NCBI GenBank assembly: GCA_963816395.1
Contig: CAWFKQ010000007.1
Location: 415,929 to 479,928, forward strand
Direction of reading: 5' to 3'
DNA length: 64,000 nucleotides
Source of the DNA: an uncultured delta proteobacterium
GTDB lineage: Bacteria; Desulfobacterota; Desulfuromonadia; Desulfuromonadales; JACZKF01
The notes beneath the pieces are model-generated. The model saw only the letters and a program-made list of their open reading frames with translations. It did not search any database and was not told where the DNA came from. The position numbers were made by a program, and so were the translations under genes. Shown here in pieces: positions 31,391 through 42,753 of this stretch; position 1 is the stretch's first letter, and each line of letters starts with the position of its first letter.

Positions 31391-32410
31391 TTACAAATAC
31401 TTTTCCGCGAGAATTTCGGCGATCTGCACGGCGTTGGTGGCGGCGCCCTTGCGCAGGTTGTCGGCACAGATCCACAAGTTGAGACCGTTGGCAATCGTCC
31501 CATCCTCGCGGACCCGGCCGACCAGAACCTGGTCCTGGCCGGCGGCATCGACCGGCATCGGGTAGAGCCCGTTCGCCGGATCATCGACCAGGTTGACGCC
31601 GGCAGCGCCGTCAAGCAGCTCGCGCGCCCTGGCGGCGGTAATCTTCGTCACCGTTTCGACATTGACCGATTCGCTGTGGCCATAGAAGACCGGCACGCGA
31701 ACGGTGGTGGCGGTCACCCCGATGTTGTCGTCCGCCAGGATCTTGCGGGTCTCATTGACCATTTTCATCTCTTCCCCGGTGTAGCCGTTTTCCAGGAAGG
31801 AGTCGATCTGCGGCAGGCAGTTGAAGGCGATCTGATGCGGGTAGACCTTTGGCGCGGAAGGCCGGCCGTTGAGTAGTTCACCGGCCTGGATGCGCAACTC
31901 ATCGATGGCTTTCTGCCCGGTTCCGGAAACCGCCTGGTAGGTAGAGACCACGATGCGCCGGATGCCGCCGAAGTCGTGGAGGGGTTTGAGCGCCACCACC
32001 AGCTGGATGGTTGAGCAGTTGGGATTGGCGATAATTCCCCGGTTGACATAGCGGGCGATTTCCTGGGGGTTGACCTCGGGGACGACCAGTGGAACATCCG
32101 GATCCAGGCGCCAGGCGCTCGAGTTGTCAATGCACACCGCCCCGGCAGCGGCGGCGATCGGGCAGAATTCCCGGCTGCGCTCGCCGCCGGCGGAGAAAAG
32201 GGCGATATCGATCCCCTGAAAGGAGTCCCTGGCGAGAGTCTGCACCAGGATATCCTCTCCGCGGAACTCCAGGGAATTCCCCTCGGAGCGCTCGGAGGCG
32301 AGCAGACGCAGTTCCTTGACCGGGAACTCCCGTTCCTCCAGCACCCGCAGCATTTCGTTGCCAACAGCGCCGGTGGCGCCGACCACGGCGATGTTCCACT
32401 GTTTGCTCAT
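31391..32410 (-). CDS. asd: Aspartate-semialdehyde dehydrogenase (Gram-positive/asd-B type)
   Basis: GATGAVG, DNSSAWR, IANPNCST, TYQAVSG, GHSE, DNLRKGAA. Confidence 0.9.
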   Translation of the reverse strand: MSKQWNIAVVGATGAVGNEMLRVLEEREFPVKELRLLASERSEGNSLEFRGEDILVQTLARDSFQGIDIALFSAGGERSREFCPIAAAAGAVCIDNSSAWRLDPDVPLVVPEVNPQEIARYVNRGIIANPNCSTIQLVVALKPLHDFGGIRRIVVSTYQAVSGTGQKAIDELRIQAGELLNGRPSAPKVYPHQIAFNCLPQIDSFLENGYTGEEMKMVNETRKILADDNIGVTATTVRVPVFYGHSESVNVETVTKITAARARELLDGAAGVNLVDDPANGLYPMPVDAAGQDQVLVGRVREDGTIANGLNLWICADNLRKGAATNAVQIAEILAEKYL

Positions 32411-32425
32411 ACCTTGAACCCCTTT

Positions 32426-32519
32426 AACGCAAAGACGCAGAGTAACAGGCAAGGCGCAAAGCAAACCGAAGCCAGCCTGATCCTTTGCGCCTTTCTTTTT
32501 ACCTTAGCGCCTTTGCGTT
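32426..32519. repeat. Imperfect palindrome built on a CGCAAAG nonamer-type unit
   Basis: Outer pair AACGCAAAG/CTTTGCGTT and inner pair AAGGCGCAAAG/CTTTGCGCCTT between the two asd genes. Confidence 0.7.
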
Positions 32520-32538
32520 GAAACAAGGTCACTTAAGG

Positions 32539-33636
32539 TCACTTCTCCAGCAGGATGCGCAGCATCCGCCGCAGCGGTTCGGCGGCTCCCCAGAGCAACT
32601 GATCGCCGCAGGTGAAGGCGGAGAGGTACTGAGGCCCCATTTTCATCTTGCGCACCCGGCCGACGGGCACGTCCAGGGCGCCGGAGACGGCGGCCGGGGT
32701 GAGCCGGGCGAGGGAATCGGCCTTGGTATTGGGGACCAGACTGACCCACGGGTTGTCATTGGCGATCAGGTCTTCCAGGTCGGCGATCGGCACGTCCCGC
32801 TTCAGCTTGATAGTCAACGCCTGGCTGTGACAGCGCATGGCGCCGACCCGCACGCAGATGCCGTCGACAGGAATCGGGGCCGCGGTACCGAGGATCTTGT
32901 TGGTTTCGGCGTATCCCTTCCACTCCTCACGGCTCTGGCCGTCCTCGACCTCGCGGTCAATCCAGGGAAGGACGCTGCCGGCGAGGGGAAAACCGAACTC
33001 CTTCTGCGGCAGGGTCTCGCCGCGCAGAGTGGCGGTGACCTGCCGGTCGATTTCGAGGATAGCCGAACCCGGATCCCTGAGCAGGCCGGCCACCGAACCG
33101 TGCAGCACCCCCATCTGGGCGAGCAGTTCGCGCATATTGGGAGCACCGGCGCCGCTGGCAGCCTGGTAGGTCATGGAGGTGAGCCACTCGACCAGACCGG
33201 CGCGGAACAGGCCGCCGAGCCCCATGAGCATCAGGCTGACGGTGCAGTTGCCGCCGATGAAATCTTTCTGCCCTCTGGCGAGGGCGGCATCGATGACATT
33301 GCGGTTGACCGGATCGAGGATGATGACGGCATCCTTCTCCATGCGCAGAGTGCTGGCCGCGTCTATCCAGTACCCCCGCCAGCCGGCCCGGCGCAGTTCC
33401 GGATGGACGGCCTTGGTGTAGTCGCCCCCCTGGCAGGTGATGATCACGTCCAGTTTCTTGAGTTCCGCGAGGTCGGAAGCATCCTTCAGGGTCCCGGCGT
33501 TCATGGGGGCTGGCGCCCCGGCCTGGGAAGTGGAAAAGAAGACCGGCTCGACCCCGGCCAGATCGTTCTCCTCCTGCATGCGCTGCAGGAGAACCGAGCC
33601 GACCATACCCCGCCAACCGACAAGTCCGACTTTCAT
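32539..33636 (-). CDS. asd: Aspartate-semialdehyde dehydrogenase (E. coli/proteobacterial type)
   Basis: [43 protein letters not shown]. Confidence 0.95.
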   Translation of the reverse strand: MKVGLVGWRGMVGSVLLQRMQEENDLAGVEPVFFSTSQAGAPAPMNAGTLKDASDLAELKKLDVIITCQGGDYTKAVHPELRRAGWRGYWIDAASTLRMEKDAVIILDPVNRNVIDAALARGQKDFIGGNCTVSLMLMGLGGLFRAGLVEWLTSMTYQAASGAGAPNMRELLAQMGVLHGSVAGLLRDPGSAILEIDRQVTATLRGETLPQKEFGFPLAGSVLPWIDREVEDGQSREEWKGYAETNKILGTAAPIPVDGICVRVGAMRCHSQALTIKLKRDVPIADLEDLIANDNPWVSLVPNTKADSLARLTPAAVSGALDVPVGRVRKMKMGPQYLSAFTCGDQLLWGAAEPLRRMLRILLEK

Positions 33637-33655
33637 ACGAGGTTCCCTTTAAATA

Positions 33656-33706
33656 AGGTAGTGAGATAGGGAGGTAGTGAGATAGAAAGGGCTTTTAACT
33701 ACCTAC
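33656..33706. repeat. Octamer run (GTGAGATA/GGGAGGTA family)
   Basis: AGGTA GTGAGATA GGGAGGTA GTGAGATA then a partial complement ACTACCT, between leuB and asd. Confidence 0.7.
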
Positions 33707-33726
33707 ACCGCATCTGCCCCTGAATT

Positions 33727-34929
<1,203 letters not shown>

Positions 34930-35120
34930 TCATTTTTGTGGTCAAACGGCTGGAAGCGGCTACTATTGAGCCACATGTGGCACACTGCCTGTGCCATAGC
35001 ATACACACGTGCGCGACTGGAGTCAAAGTGAGGCGGGCGGAAGAACAGCAGACAAGCCGGGTTTTCCCAGGCTTGTCTGCTGCGGATGCGACAACTGAGG
35101 GTGTTGAGAGGTCCGAACGG

Positions 35121-35324
35121 CTAATGCCAGCGGCGTTCGCCGGCAACATCTTCCAGGCGGGTTTCCACCTCCCGGGAAGCCAGTTCCTTCATGCGCTCGT
35201 TGGCATTGAAACTGGCCTCGGCGGCGCCGAGGATATCGAGCTGCTGGTCGAGCGGCAATCCCCGAAAGTAGTTCAGCAGTTCCTTCTCCTCCCGGCTCAG
35301 CGGTTCTCCGGAAAACTCAGACAT
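35121..35324 (-). CDS. Small helical hypothetical protein (67 aa)
   Basis: MSEFSGEPLSREEKELLNYFRGLPLDQQLDIL...; AGAGGAG RBS; protein-like composition. Confidence 0.6.
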   Translation of the reverse strand: MSEFSGEPLSREEKELLNYFRGLPLDQQLDILGAAEASFNANERMKELASREVETRLEDVAGERRWH

Positions 35325-35410
35325 CACCCTTCTCCTCTGGCCACGCAAACATGGACGGAAAACCTTGTCCATCCTTAAGTCTAGCAGGGACAGAAGGAAG
35401 GTGCACCCGT

Positions 35411-38400
35411 TCAAGGGGAAATTTCTTCCAGGGCGCCGGCGAGAACGGTAAAGGGGTGGTAGTTGCCCGGCGCGGCTTCCCGCAGGGATGCTCAGCAGAT
35501 TGCGGAAGAACTTCACCCTCGCCCGGCGCCGGGAGAAAAACGCCTCCAGATTTCCCTCGTTCTCCTCCCATACCGCCTGGGTAAGGCGGAAAAGAACGGC
35601 GGCAAAGCGCCGCTGCAGGGCCTGCAGCGCCAGGCGGCCCCAGTAATCGTGCGCCCGCACCTCCAGCATCCGCCGCTGGATCTGCCGAAGCTGCAGAAAT
35701 TCCCGGATCTCGCCGTAGGTGCTGGCAATCGAATGGAAATCGCCGCCGGTGCGGGTCACCAGCGCCGCAACCGGCAGGAAGTCCTCCAGGTGCGGCAGGA
35801 TGGCCAGGTGCTGGGCAGCGACCACGGGAAATCCCTCTTCCTCCAGTTGCGCTCACCCTCTCCTGGCACTGCTGCCATTCTTCCTTGGCCAGAATGCTGC
35901 CCAGGGTCTTCAGATAAGCGGCCATCTGCTCCCGCAGGTCCTCGACACGCCGCTCCTCCGGTCCCTGCTGCAAGCCGTGCTCGAGAGCCCAGCGACAGAG
36001 ACCGGCCAGGGCATTCTCCAGAGACAGGAGGATTTCGTACTGCCGCTCGGCGGTCAGGCGGTTGTCCAGATCAGAAATCCGGCGGCGCAGGGAGGGAGCG
36101 TCCAGCACCCGGTCGAAGGTCAGATAGGCGGCGGCCACCGCTGGCAGGGGAACGCCGGTTCCTTGGCTGAGATTCGCCGGAAAGGCGCCGCCGGCCTGGT
36201 TGATGACGGTATTGGTGATCATGGTGGCGGCGATTTCCCGGGCCAGCGGGTGGCGTGCCAACCCGGTCTGGAATCTCTCCCGGATCGGAGCGGGGAAATA
36301 GCCGTTCAGGTAATCGCTGCCCCCGGGCCCTTCCGGCTGATCACTCTCCAGCAGGGCCTGGTAAAGCTGCATCTTGGCATAGGCCATGAGCACCGCCAGC
36401 TCGGGGCGGACCAGGCTCTGCCCCGGGCGGGCCAGAACCTCGCGGGAGGCAGGAAGAAATTCGCCACGGCGGTCGAGCAGACCGGCATTGCTCAGCCGCT
36501 CGCTGAGGATGAGGAACGGCTCCACATCCTCGGCACTGCGGCGCTGATCGAGGGAAAGACAGAGACTCTGGTCATAGTTGTCGGCGAGCACGGCGGCGCA
36601 GACCTCCTCAGTGACCGACTGCAGCAGACTGTCCCGTTCCTCCCTGGAGTCGAGCCTGCCATCCTCATGCATCCGCTGCAGGAGGATTTTCAGGTTGACC
36701 TCGTGGTCGGAGGTATCGACTCCCGCTGAGTTGTCGATCGCATCGGTATTGATCCGGCCGCCCGCCAGGGCATATTCAATCCGCGCCTTCTGGGTCAGGC
36801 CAAGGTTCCCCCCTTCTCCGATCACCCGCACCCGCAGCTGGCCGGCATCGACCCGCACCTGGTCATTGGCGCGGTCTCCGGCCTCTTCGTGCTTTTCGCT
36901 GCCCGCCTTGACGTAGGTGCCGATGCCGCCGTTCCACAGCAGATCGGCGTCGGCAGCGAGCAGCAGGCGGACCAGTCCGGGCCCGTCGATTGCCTCCTGC
37001 CGCACTCCCAGCCATTGCCGCACCCGCGGCGCCAGGGGGATATTCTTGGCCTGCCGCGACCAGACGCCGCCGCCGGCCGAGATCAGCTTCCGGTCGTAAT
37101 CGTCCCAGGAGGAGCGCGGCAGTTCGAACAGCCGCTGCCGTTCGCGGAAGCTCTTTTCGGCATCAGGGTCGGGATCGAGAAAGATGTGCCGGTGATCGAA
37201 GGCGGCGAGCAGGCGGATCTGCCGGGAGAGCAGCATGCCGTTGCCGAAAACGTCGCCGCTCATGTCGCCGATGCCGACTACGGTAAACGGTTCTTTCTGG
37301 ATATCTTTCCCCATCTCGCGGAAATGCCGCTTGACGCATTCCCAGGCGCCGCGGGCGGTAATGCCCAGCGCCTTGTGATCATAGCCGTGCGAACCGCCGC
37401 TGGCAAAGGCATCCCCGAGCCAGAAGCCGTAATCGCGGCTGATGGCGTTGGCGGTATCGGAGAGGTGCGCCGTCCCCTTATCGGCGGCCACCACCAGGTA
37501 GGGGTCGTCCTCATCGTAGGCCACCACGCCGGGCGGCCGCAGGATCTCCTCGCCCCGCCGATTGTCGGTGAGATCGAGCAGGCCGCGCATCAGCACCTGG
37601 TAGGCCTCTTTGGACAGGGCGGCGCCCTCCTCGCGTCCCGACCAGGCGCCTTTCACCACGAATCCGCCCTTCGATCCGACCGGCACGATCTGGGCGTTCT
37701 TGGTCATCTGGGTTTTCATCAGGCCGAGAATCTCGGTGCGGAAATCGTCGGGCCGGTCGGACCAGCGGATCCCCCCCCGGGCCACCTTGCCGCCGCGCAG
37801 GTGAATTCCCTCCATGACATGGCCGTGGACATAGATCTCGAACATCGGGCGCGGCGCCGGCATCTCGATGATCCCCAGAGCGCTGATCTTGAAGGCAAAG
37901 AAATAATCCGGCCGGTCGCAGCGGAGGAAAAAATTGGTGCGGACGGTGGAGTCGATGAGATTGAACAGGGTGCGCAGGACCTGGTCCTCGTTGATATCGC
38001 TCACCTGCTCCAGGGCCTCCGCCAGCTCCAGGCGAATCGGCGACAGGGCCTCTTCTTCCCGCCGGCCGAGATCACGCCATTTCTCCTCCGGCCGGAAGCG
38101 GGCCGCGAAATAGCGGAACAGCAGCAGGGCTACCCGCGGGTTGTTGATCAGAGAGAAGGCCACCCGCCGCTTGGTAAAGGAAGAACCGAGCTGGAAATAG
38201 TAATTCCGATAGCCGCGGAAGACATCGATTTCCCGCCAGGAGAGACCGGTCAGCAGGAGCAGGCGGTGCAGGTAGTCGTTTTCCACCTCACCGCGGCGCA
38301 GGGCGGCGACAGCCTCCAGCAGCGGCCCCCGCAGGGCGGAAAGCTCCCCCGCCCCAGCGGCGCCTGCCCGCACGGCGAAGCTCTTGATGAAAACCCTGGA

Positions 38401-40164
38401 GCCGTCGACCTCGATGGTGAAGTCAACCTCGTCGATCACATTCAGGTGCAGGTTTTCCAGGAACGGCATCAGCTCGTTCAGGTAGCTTTCCCGCCGGCTG
38501 TAGAACTGCAGGCGGTAGAATTTCTCTTGGCGGCGAAACGGCCCCCAGAGATCGACCCGCTCCTCCCCATCGGCAAGCACCTGCTCGATACGGTGCACAT
38601 CGCGCATGGCGAAACGGGGATGCACCAGGGTGGGGTACTCACGGGAGAAGCTGCCGACGTATTTGCGCCACAGCCGGACTCCCTCAATCTCCCCGAAGGC
38701 CCGCGTAAACAGACGCTGCAGCTTGAGCGGCCAGGGACGGGCGATGTTGGTCAGGCCCCGCTCGAGACGCTGCAGATCGAGCCGGACCTCCTCCGCTTCG
38801 GGCTGCAGGCTGGCATGCAGGCTGAGAAATTCCGGCGCGATGTGGATGATCCGGGTTGCAGCCGACGGCGCCTGGAAGAAGCGCCGCAGATAATGCTCCA
38901 GGCGGGGGACCATGGCCTCGTCGTAGAAACCGCGCGGCATGATGATCAGCAGGGTGAGGCCGTGCACCGCCAGGCTGCGGGCGGCCACCACCTTGACCGC
39001 GCCATGCCGATAAAGGAGAGTGAAAGAGCGGACGGTCTCGACCAGCTCTTCCGGCGACATGAAGAAGAGTTCCACCTTGGGAAAGGAATTGAAGATCTCT
39101 ACCGTCTTGCGGTAATCGTGACAGTCGCGGGGGATGCAGAGGGCGGCCAGGGCGGCCTCGATCCGCCGGCGCAGCGGCGGCACGTTGAAGGCCGGTTCAT
39201 TCAGGCTCTGCTGCGAGAAGAGGCCGAGAAAAGCATGCTCCCGCTCCCCCTCCCCCGCTCTTTCCCGGAACCCAAGGTAAACCAGGGGCTCAGCCCGGTG
39301 CACCGGGCTGAGGCGCCCGATCTCCTCCACCACCAACCGTCCCGGGCGGGTGATCCGCGCCTGAAAATCGGGGGCGAATTCCGCCAGGGAGTGCTCCTCG
39401 CAGCAGACCAGTTCCAGCGGGTCGCCGGGGATGCCGAGCGCCGTCCCTGCCGCCTCCCGAATCGCGAGTTGCCGCTGTCCTTTCAGCCGCAGCTCCAGAC
39501 AGCGGTAGGAAAAGGGAAGAAAGTTCCCTTTCTGCAGCCACTGCCAGAAATCCCGGTAAGGTTCCAGATCGGCGTTCTGCTCCAGTTCCTTCAGCTTTTG
39601 CCCCAGGGTGCGGCTGTCCCGGCGCACCTGCAATACCGCCTGCAGAACCTCCTCCACGCCCCGGATGAGCTCTTCGCCGGCATCGGCGGCGAGTCCCTCC
39701 AGCTCCAGGATGACGAATGACTCCCGCGGCCCATCCTCCTCGACTCCGCCAAGAGCAACCACCTCTCCCCCTCGCCGGCGGATAGAGAGCAGAGGATGCG
39801 ACACGACCTGGTTGCGCAGGTTGCTGCGGGTGAGGAAATTCTGCAGGGAATCGAGCAGAAAAGGAGCATCCGGGCAATTGGTCAGGAGCAGGGCGCGGCC
39901 CCGGCCGCTCAGGGGAATAAGTCGAGCCGCCGCCGCTTCGCGGCGATCTTCGATGAAACGGAGGAATTCCCTGATCCACTCGGCTATTTTTGCCGCTGCC
40001 GGCTGGCGCAGATAGCCAAGCGGGGTATGGGCCTGCAGGATGAGAGCCAGCGTCCGGGCGCGCGGCTCCCTTTCCGGATCAAGCAGATCCAGAACCTCGG
40101 CAGTTTTCTCAACCAGAACGTCTTCTCCAGGGCGGCTCCCGTGTGCGTCGGCATGGATTTTCAT
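35411..40164 (-). CDS. Large NAD-specific glutamate dehydrogenase (~1600 aa); apparent frameshifts near 35850 and 35490
   Basis: GIHLRGGKVARGGIRWSDR, KNAQIVPVGSKGGF, YLVVAADKGTA, GIGDMSGDVFGNG, GEGGNLG. The C-terminus continues in two other frames to TGA at 35411-35413. Confidence 0.92.
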
Positions 40165-40255
40165 TATATCTCCATCAGGCAACAGTACGCTGAACGTCGG
40201 ATTAAAGCTTAATTTAGCCGGGAGACTTTGACAAGGGTGGGAAAAGCCGCAGCCG

Positions 40256-41056
40256 CTATGCTTCCACCTTCCCCTCCGCCAGGAGATCGGTCAGGCGGGC
40301 GAATTCCCCGAGGTCGAGCGTTTCACCGCGCCGGCCTGGATCGATGTCGGCCCGGTGCAGAGCCGCCGCCACCCGGTCGGCGGGAAATCCGGCGGCGGTC
40401 AGGGTATTGCGCAGGGTCTTGCGCCGCTGGGCAAAAGCGCCCTTGACCACCCGGCGAAAGAACGCCTCGTCGGCAACCGGCACCCGCGCCGACTCGAGCG
40501 GCTGAAAGAGCAGGACCGCCGAGGTCACTTTCGGCGGCGGATGGAAGGCCCCCGGCGGGACGGTGGCGATGCGCCGGATGTCATACCACAGCTGGCAGAA
40601 CACGGAGAGAATCCCGTAATCGCGGCTGCCCGGAGAGGCGCAGAGACGGTCGCCGACTTCCTTCTGGAACATCAGGACCAGGCGAGAGAAAAAGGAGCGG
40701 TGATCGAGGACCTTGAACAGGACCTGACTGGAGATATTGTAGGGGAGATTGGCTACCAGCTTGTAGGGAGGCGCCTGCAGCAGCTCGTCCCAGGGCAGGC
40801 GAATGGCATCCCCCTCGTGCACCGTCAGGTGCGGCGCCGGCCGCCGGCGCAGGCGCTCGGCCAGCTCCCGATCGACCTCCAGCACCTCCACCCGGCCGAC
40901 CCGCTCCAGCAGGCGGTCGGTAAGGGCGCCGAGGCCGGGACCGATTTCCAGAACCCGGTCGCCGGGATCCAGGTCGGCCGCTGCGAGGATCTTTTCGACG
41001 ATTCCGGGATCGCGGAGAAAGTTCTGGCCGTAACGTTTTTTCGGGCGGAAATCCAT
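40256..41056 (-). CDS. rsmA: 16S rRNA adenine dimethyltransferase
   Basis: GQNFL, LEIGPGLGALT, VANLPYNIS, MFQKEV, AFAQRRKTL. Confidence 0.97.
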   Translation of the reverse strand: MDFRPKKRYGQNFLRDPGIVEKILAAADLDPGDRVLEIGPGLGALTDRLLERVGRVEVLEVDRELAERLRRRPAPHLTVHEGDAIRLPWDELLQAPPYKLVANLPYNISSQVLFKVLDHRSFFSRLVLMFQKEVGDRLCASPGSRDYGILSVFCQLWYDIRRIATVPPGAFHPPPKVTSAVLLFQPLESARVPVADEAFFRRVVKGAFAQRRKTLRNTLTAAGFPADRVAAALHRADIDPGRRGETLDLGEFARLTDLLAEGKVEA

Positions 41057-41117
41057 GAGCGGGTCCAGGCACCAGCGTTTGGCTTGCCGGCCTCCGTTAA
41101 ATTGGACGGCAGGCGAT

Positions 41118-41606
41118 TCACGGTTTCTGCCGGCGCTTCGGCCGCGGCCAGCGGGGAATGCGCCAGGTCTTGATCACCGGGATCAGCCGCAGGGTCAGGG
41201 CAAAGGCCAGGGCGGCACAGAGCATACCGTAGATCAGGCCCCCGAACCAGAGGGGGACCATCACTTCGTATCCCAGATGCTCCAGGGCCTGGAAGGAGAG
41301 TTCGTGGGGAAGATGCACCCGCGACATATGGAGCAGCAGCCGCCCCGATTCGTACTCGAGGGCATAGATAAAAGGAGCGGTCAACGGGTTGGTGATCCAT
41401 ACGCCGAGAGCGGCGGCCAGTTTGTTCTCCCTCAGCAGAAAAGCGAAGAAGACGGCGATCAGCATCTGAAAGCCGAAGGTCGGGGTCATGCCGATGAAAA
41501 TCCCCAATGCCAGTCCCTTGGCGATTTCATCGGGAGTTCCGCGCATCCTGACAAAGCGCAGGAAATTGAGTTTAACCTGCCGGACGTAGGACCAACGCTT
41601 CCACAT
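41118..41606 (-). CDS. DUF2062-family membrane protein
   Basis: TPDEIAKGLALGIFIGMTP...WITNPLT pattern; hydrophobic helices. Confidence 0.85.
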   Translation of the reverse strand: MWKRWSYVRQVKLNFLRFVRMRGTPDEIAKGLALGIFIGMTPTFGFQMLIAVFFAFLLRENKLAAALGVWITNPLTAPFIYALEYESGRLLLHMSRVHLPHELSFQALEHLGYEVMVPLWFGGLIYGMLCAALAFALTLRLIPVIKTWRIPRWPRPKRRQKP

Positions 41607-41651
41607 AACTGCCGTATCCCCGTGATTCCTTACCTGGCGTCCCGATTATGG

Positions 41652-42668
41652 TTAATCCGTGTTCACCTGGTCAAGAGGCCAGGTGGCCACCGCGTTCAAT
41701 TCCAGGGAAGCGCTCCGCCCCTCCCGCAGGTAGCGGTCGCCGGCAACCGCCAGCATGGCGGCATTGTCCCCACAGAGGGCCGGCGAAGGGAAATGGACAC
41801 TCAGCTTCTGCGTGGCGGCCAGTTCGGCGAAGGCCCCGCGCAGGCCGCGGTTGCAGGCAACGCCGCCGGCCACGACGATGCGGCTGAGACCGGTTTCCGC
41901 CGCCGCGCGCAGCGTCTTGTGGCAGAGAACCTCCACCACCGCCGCCTGGAAGCTGGCCGCCAGGTCTTTCAGCTGATCGCCCCTCGGCAACACAGGCTGT
42001 TTCTGCACATAATTGAGCACCGCCGTCTTGATGCCGCTGAAGCTGAAATCGAGGTTCTGCCGGTTCATCAGCGGCCGAGGAAAGGCGATGGCCCCGGGAT
42101 CGCCCTCGGCAGCCAGGCGATCGATCAGCGCTCCCCCGGGGTAACCGAGGCCGAGCAGCTTGGCCACCTTGTCGAAAGCTTCGCCGGCCGCATCATCGAG
42201 GGTACGGCCAAGGGTCCGGTAGCGGCCGATGTCGTCCACCCGATAGAGATGGGTATGGCCGCCGGAAACGGCGAGGGCGAGATAGGGGAAGGCAATCTGC
42301 TGCTCGAGAAGGGGCGCCAGGATATGCCCTTCCATGTGATGTACCCCCACCAGGGGGATGCCGCGGGCGAAGGCCATTGCCTTGGCCGTCGACAGCCCCA
42401 CCAGCAGCGCCCCGATCAGTCCTGGACCGCGAGTGACGGCGATCCCCTCCACCTGCAGCAGACTGACCCCCGCTTCCCCGAGTGCCTCCTCGACCACCAC
42501 CGAAATCGCCTCCAGGTGCTTGCGCGAGGCGAGCTCCGGCACCACCCCCCCGTAGCGGGCATGCACGTCCACCTGGGAGGCGACGATATTGGACAGCACC
42601 TGCCGACCGTCGCGCACCACGGCGGCAGCGGTCTCATCGCAGGAAGATTCGAGACAAAGAATGAGCAT
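41652..42668 (-). CDS. tsaD: tRNA N6-adenosine threonylcarbamoyltransferase
   Basis: ESSCDET, GGVVPELASR, HHMEGH, VSGGHT, DDAAGEAFDK, DNAAM. Confidence 0.97.
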   Translation of the reverse strand: MLILCLESSCDETAAAVVRDGRQVLSNIVASQVDVHARYGGVVPELASRKHLEAISVVVEEALGEAGVSLLQVEGIAVTRGPGLIGALLVGLSTAKAMAFARGIPLVGVHHMEGHILAPLLEQQIAFPYLALAVSGGHTHLYRVDDIGRYRTLGRTLDDAAGEAFDKVAKLLGLGYPGGALIDRLAAEGDPGAIAFPRPLMNRQNLDFSFSGIKTAVLNYVQKQPVLPRGDQLKDLAASFQAAVVEVLCHKTLRAAAETGLSRIVVAGGVACNRGLRGAFAELAATQKLSVHFPSPALCGDNAAMLAVAGDRYLREGRSASLELNAVATWPLDQVNTD

Positions 42669-42749
42669 AGGCCAGGGGCAAGAGGCTAGGGGCAAGAGGT
42701 AAAAGCACTGCAAGAATTCCTCTTGCCTCGTGCCTCTAGCCTCGCGCCT
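42669..42749. repeat. Inverted array of heptamers (AGGCTAG/GGGCAAG family)
   Basis: Four units at 42669-42699 and four complementary units at 42719-42749, filling the phoH-tsaD gap. Confidence 0.85.
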
Positions 42750-42753
42750 GCAG

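Noticed and set aside
36889..39720. 943-aa + strand ORF, and similar long antisense ORFs (57106-59949, 45717-48017, 24937-26790, 55641-57323)
   Set aside because: They shadow well-supported genes on the opposite strand, as expected from high-GC codon bias, and show no recognisable motifs.
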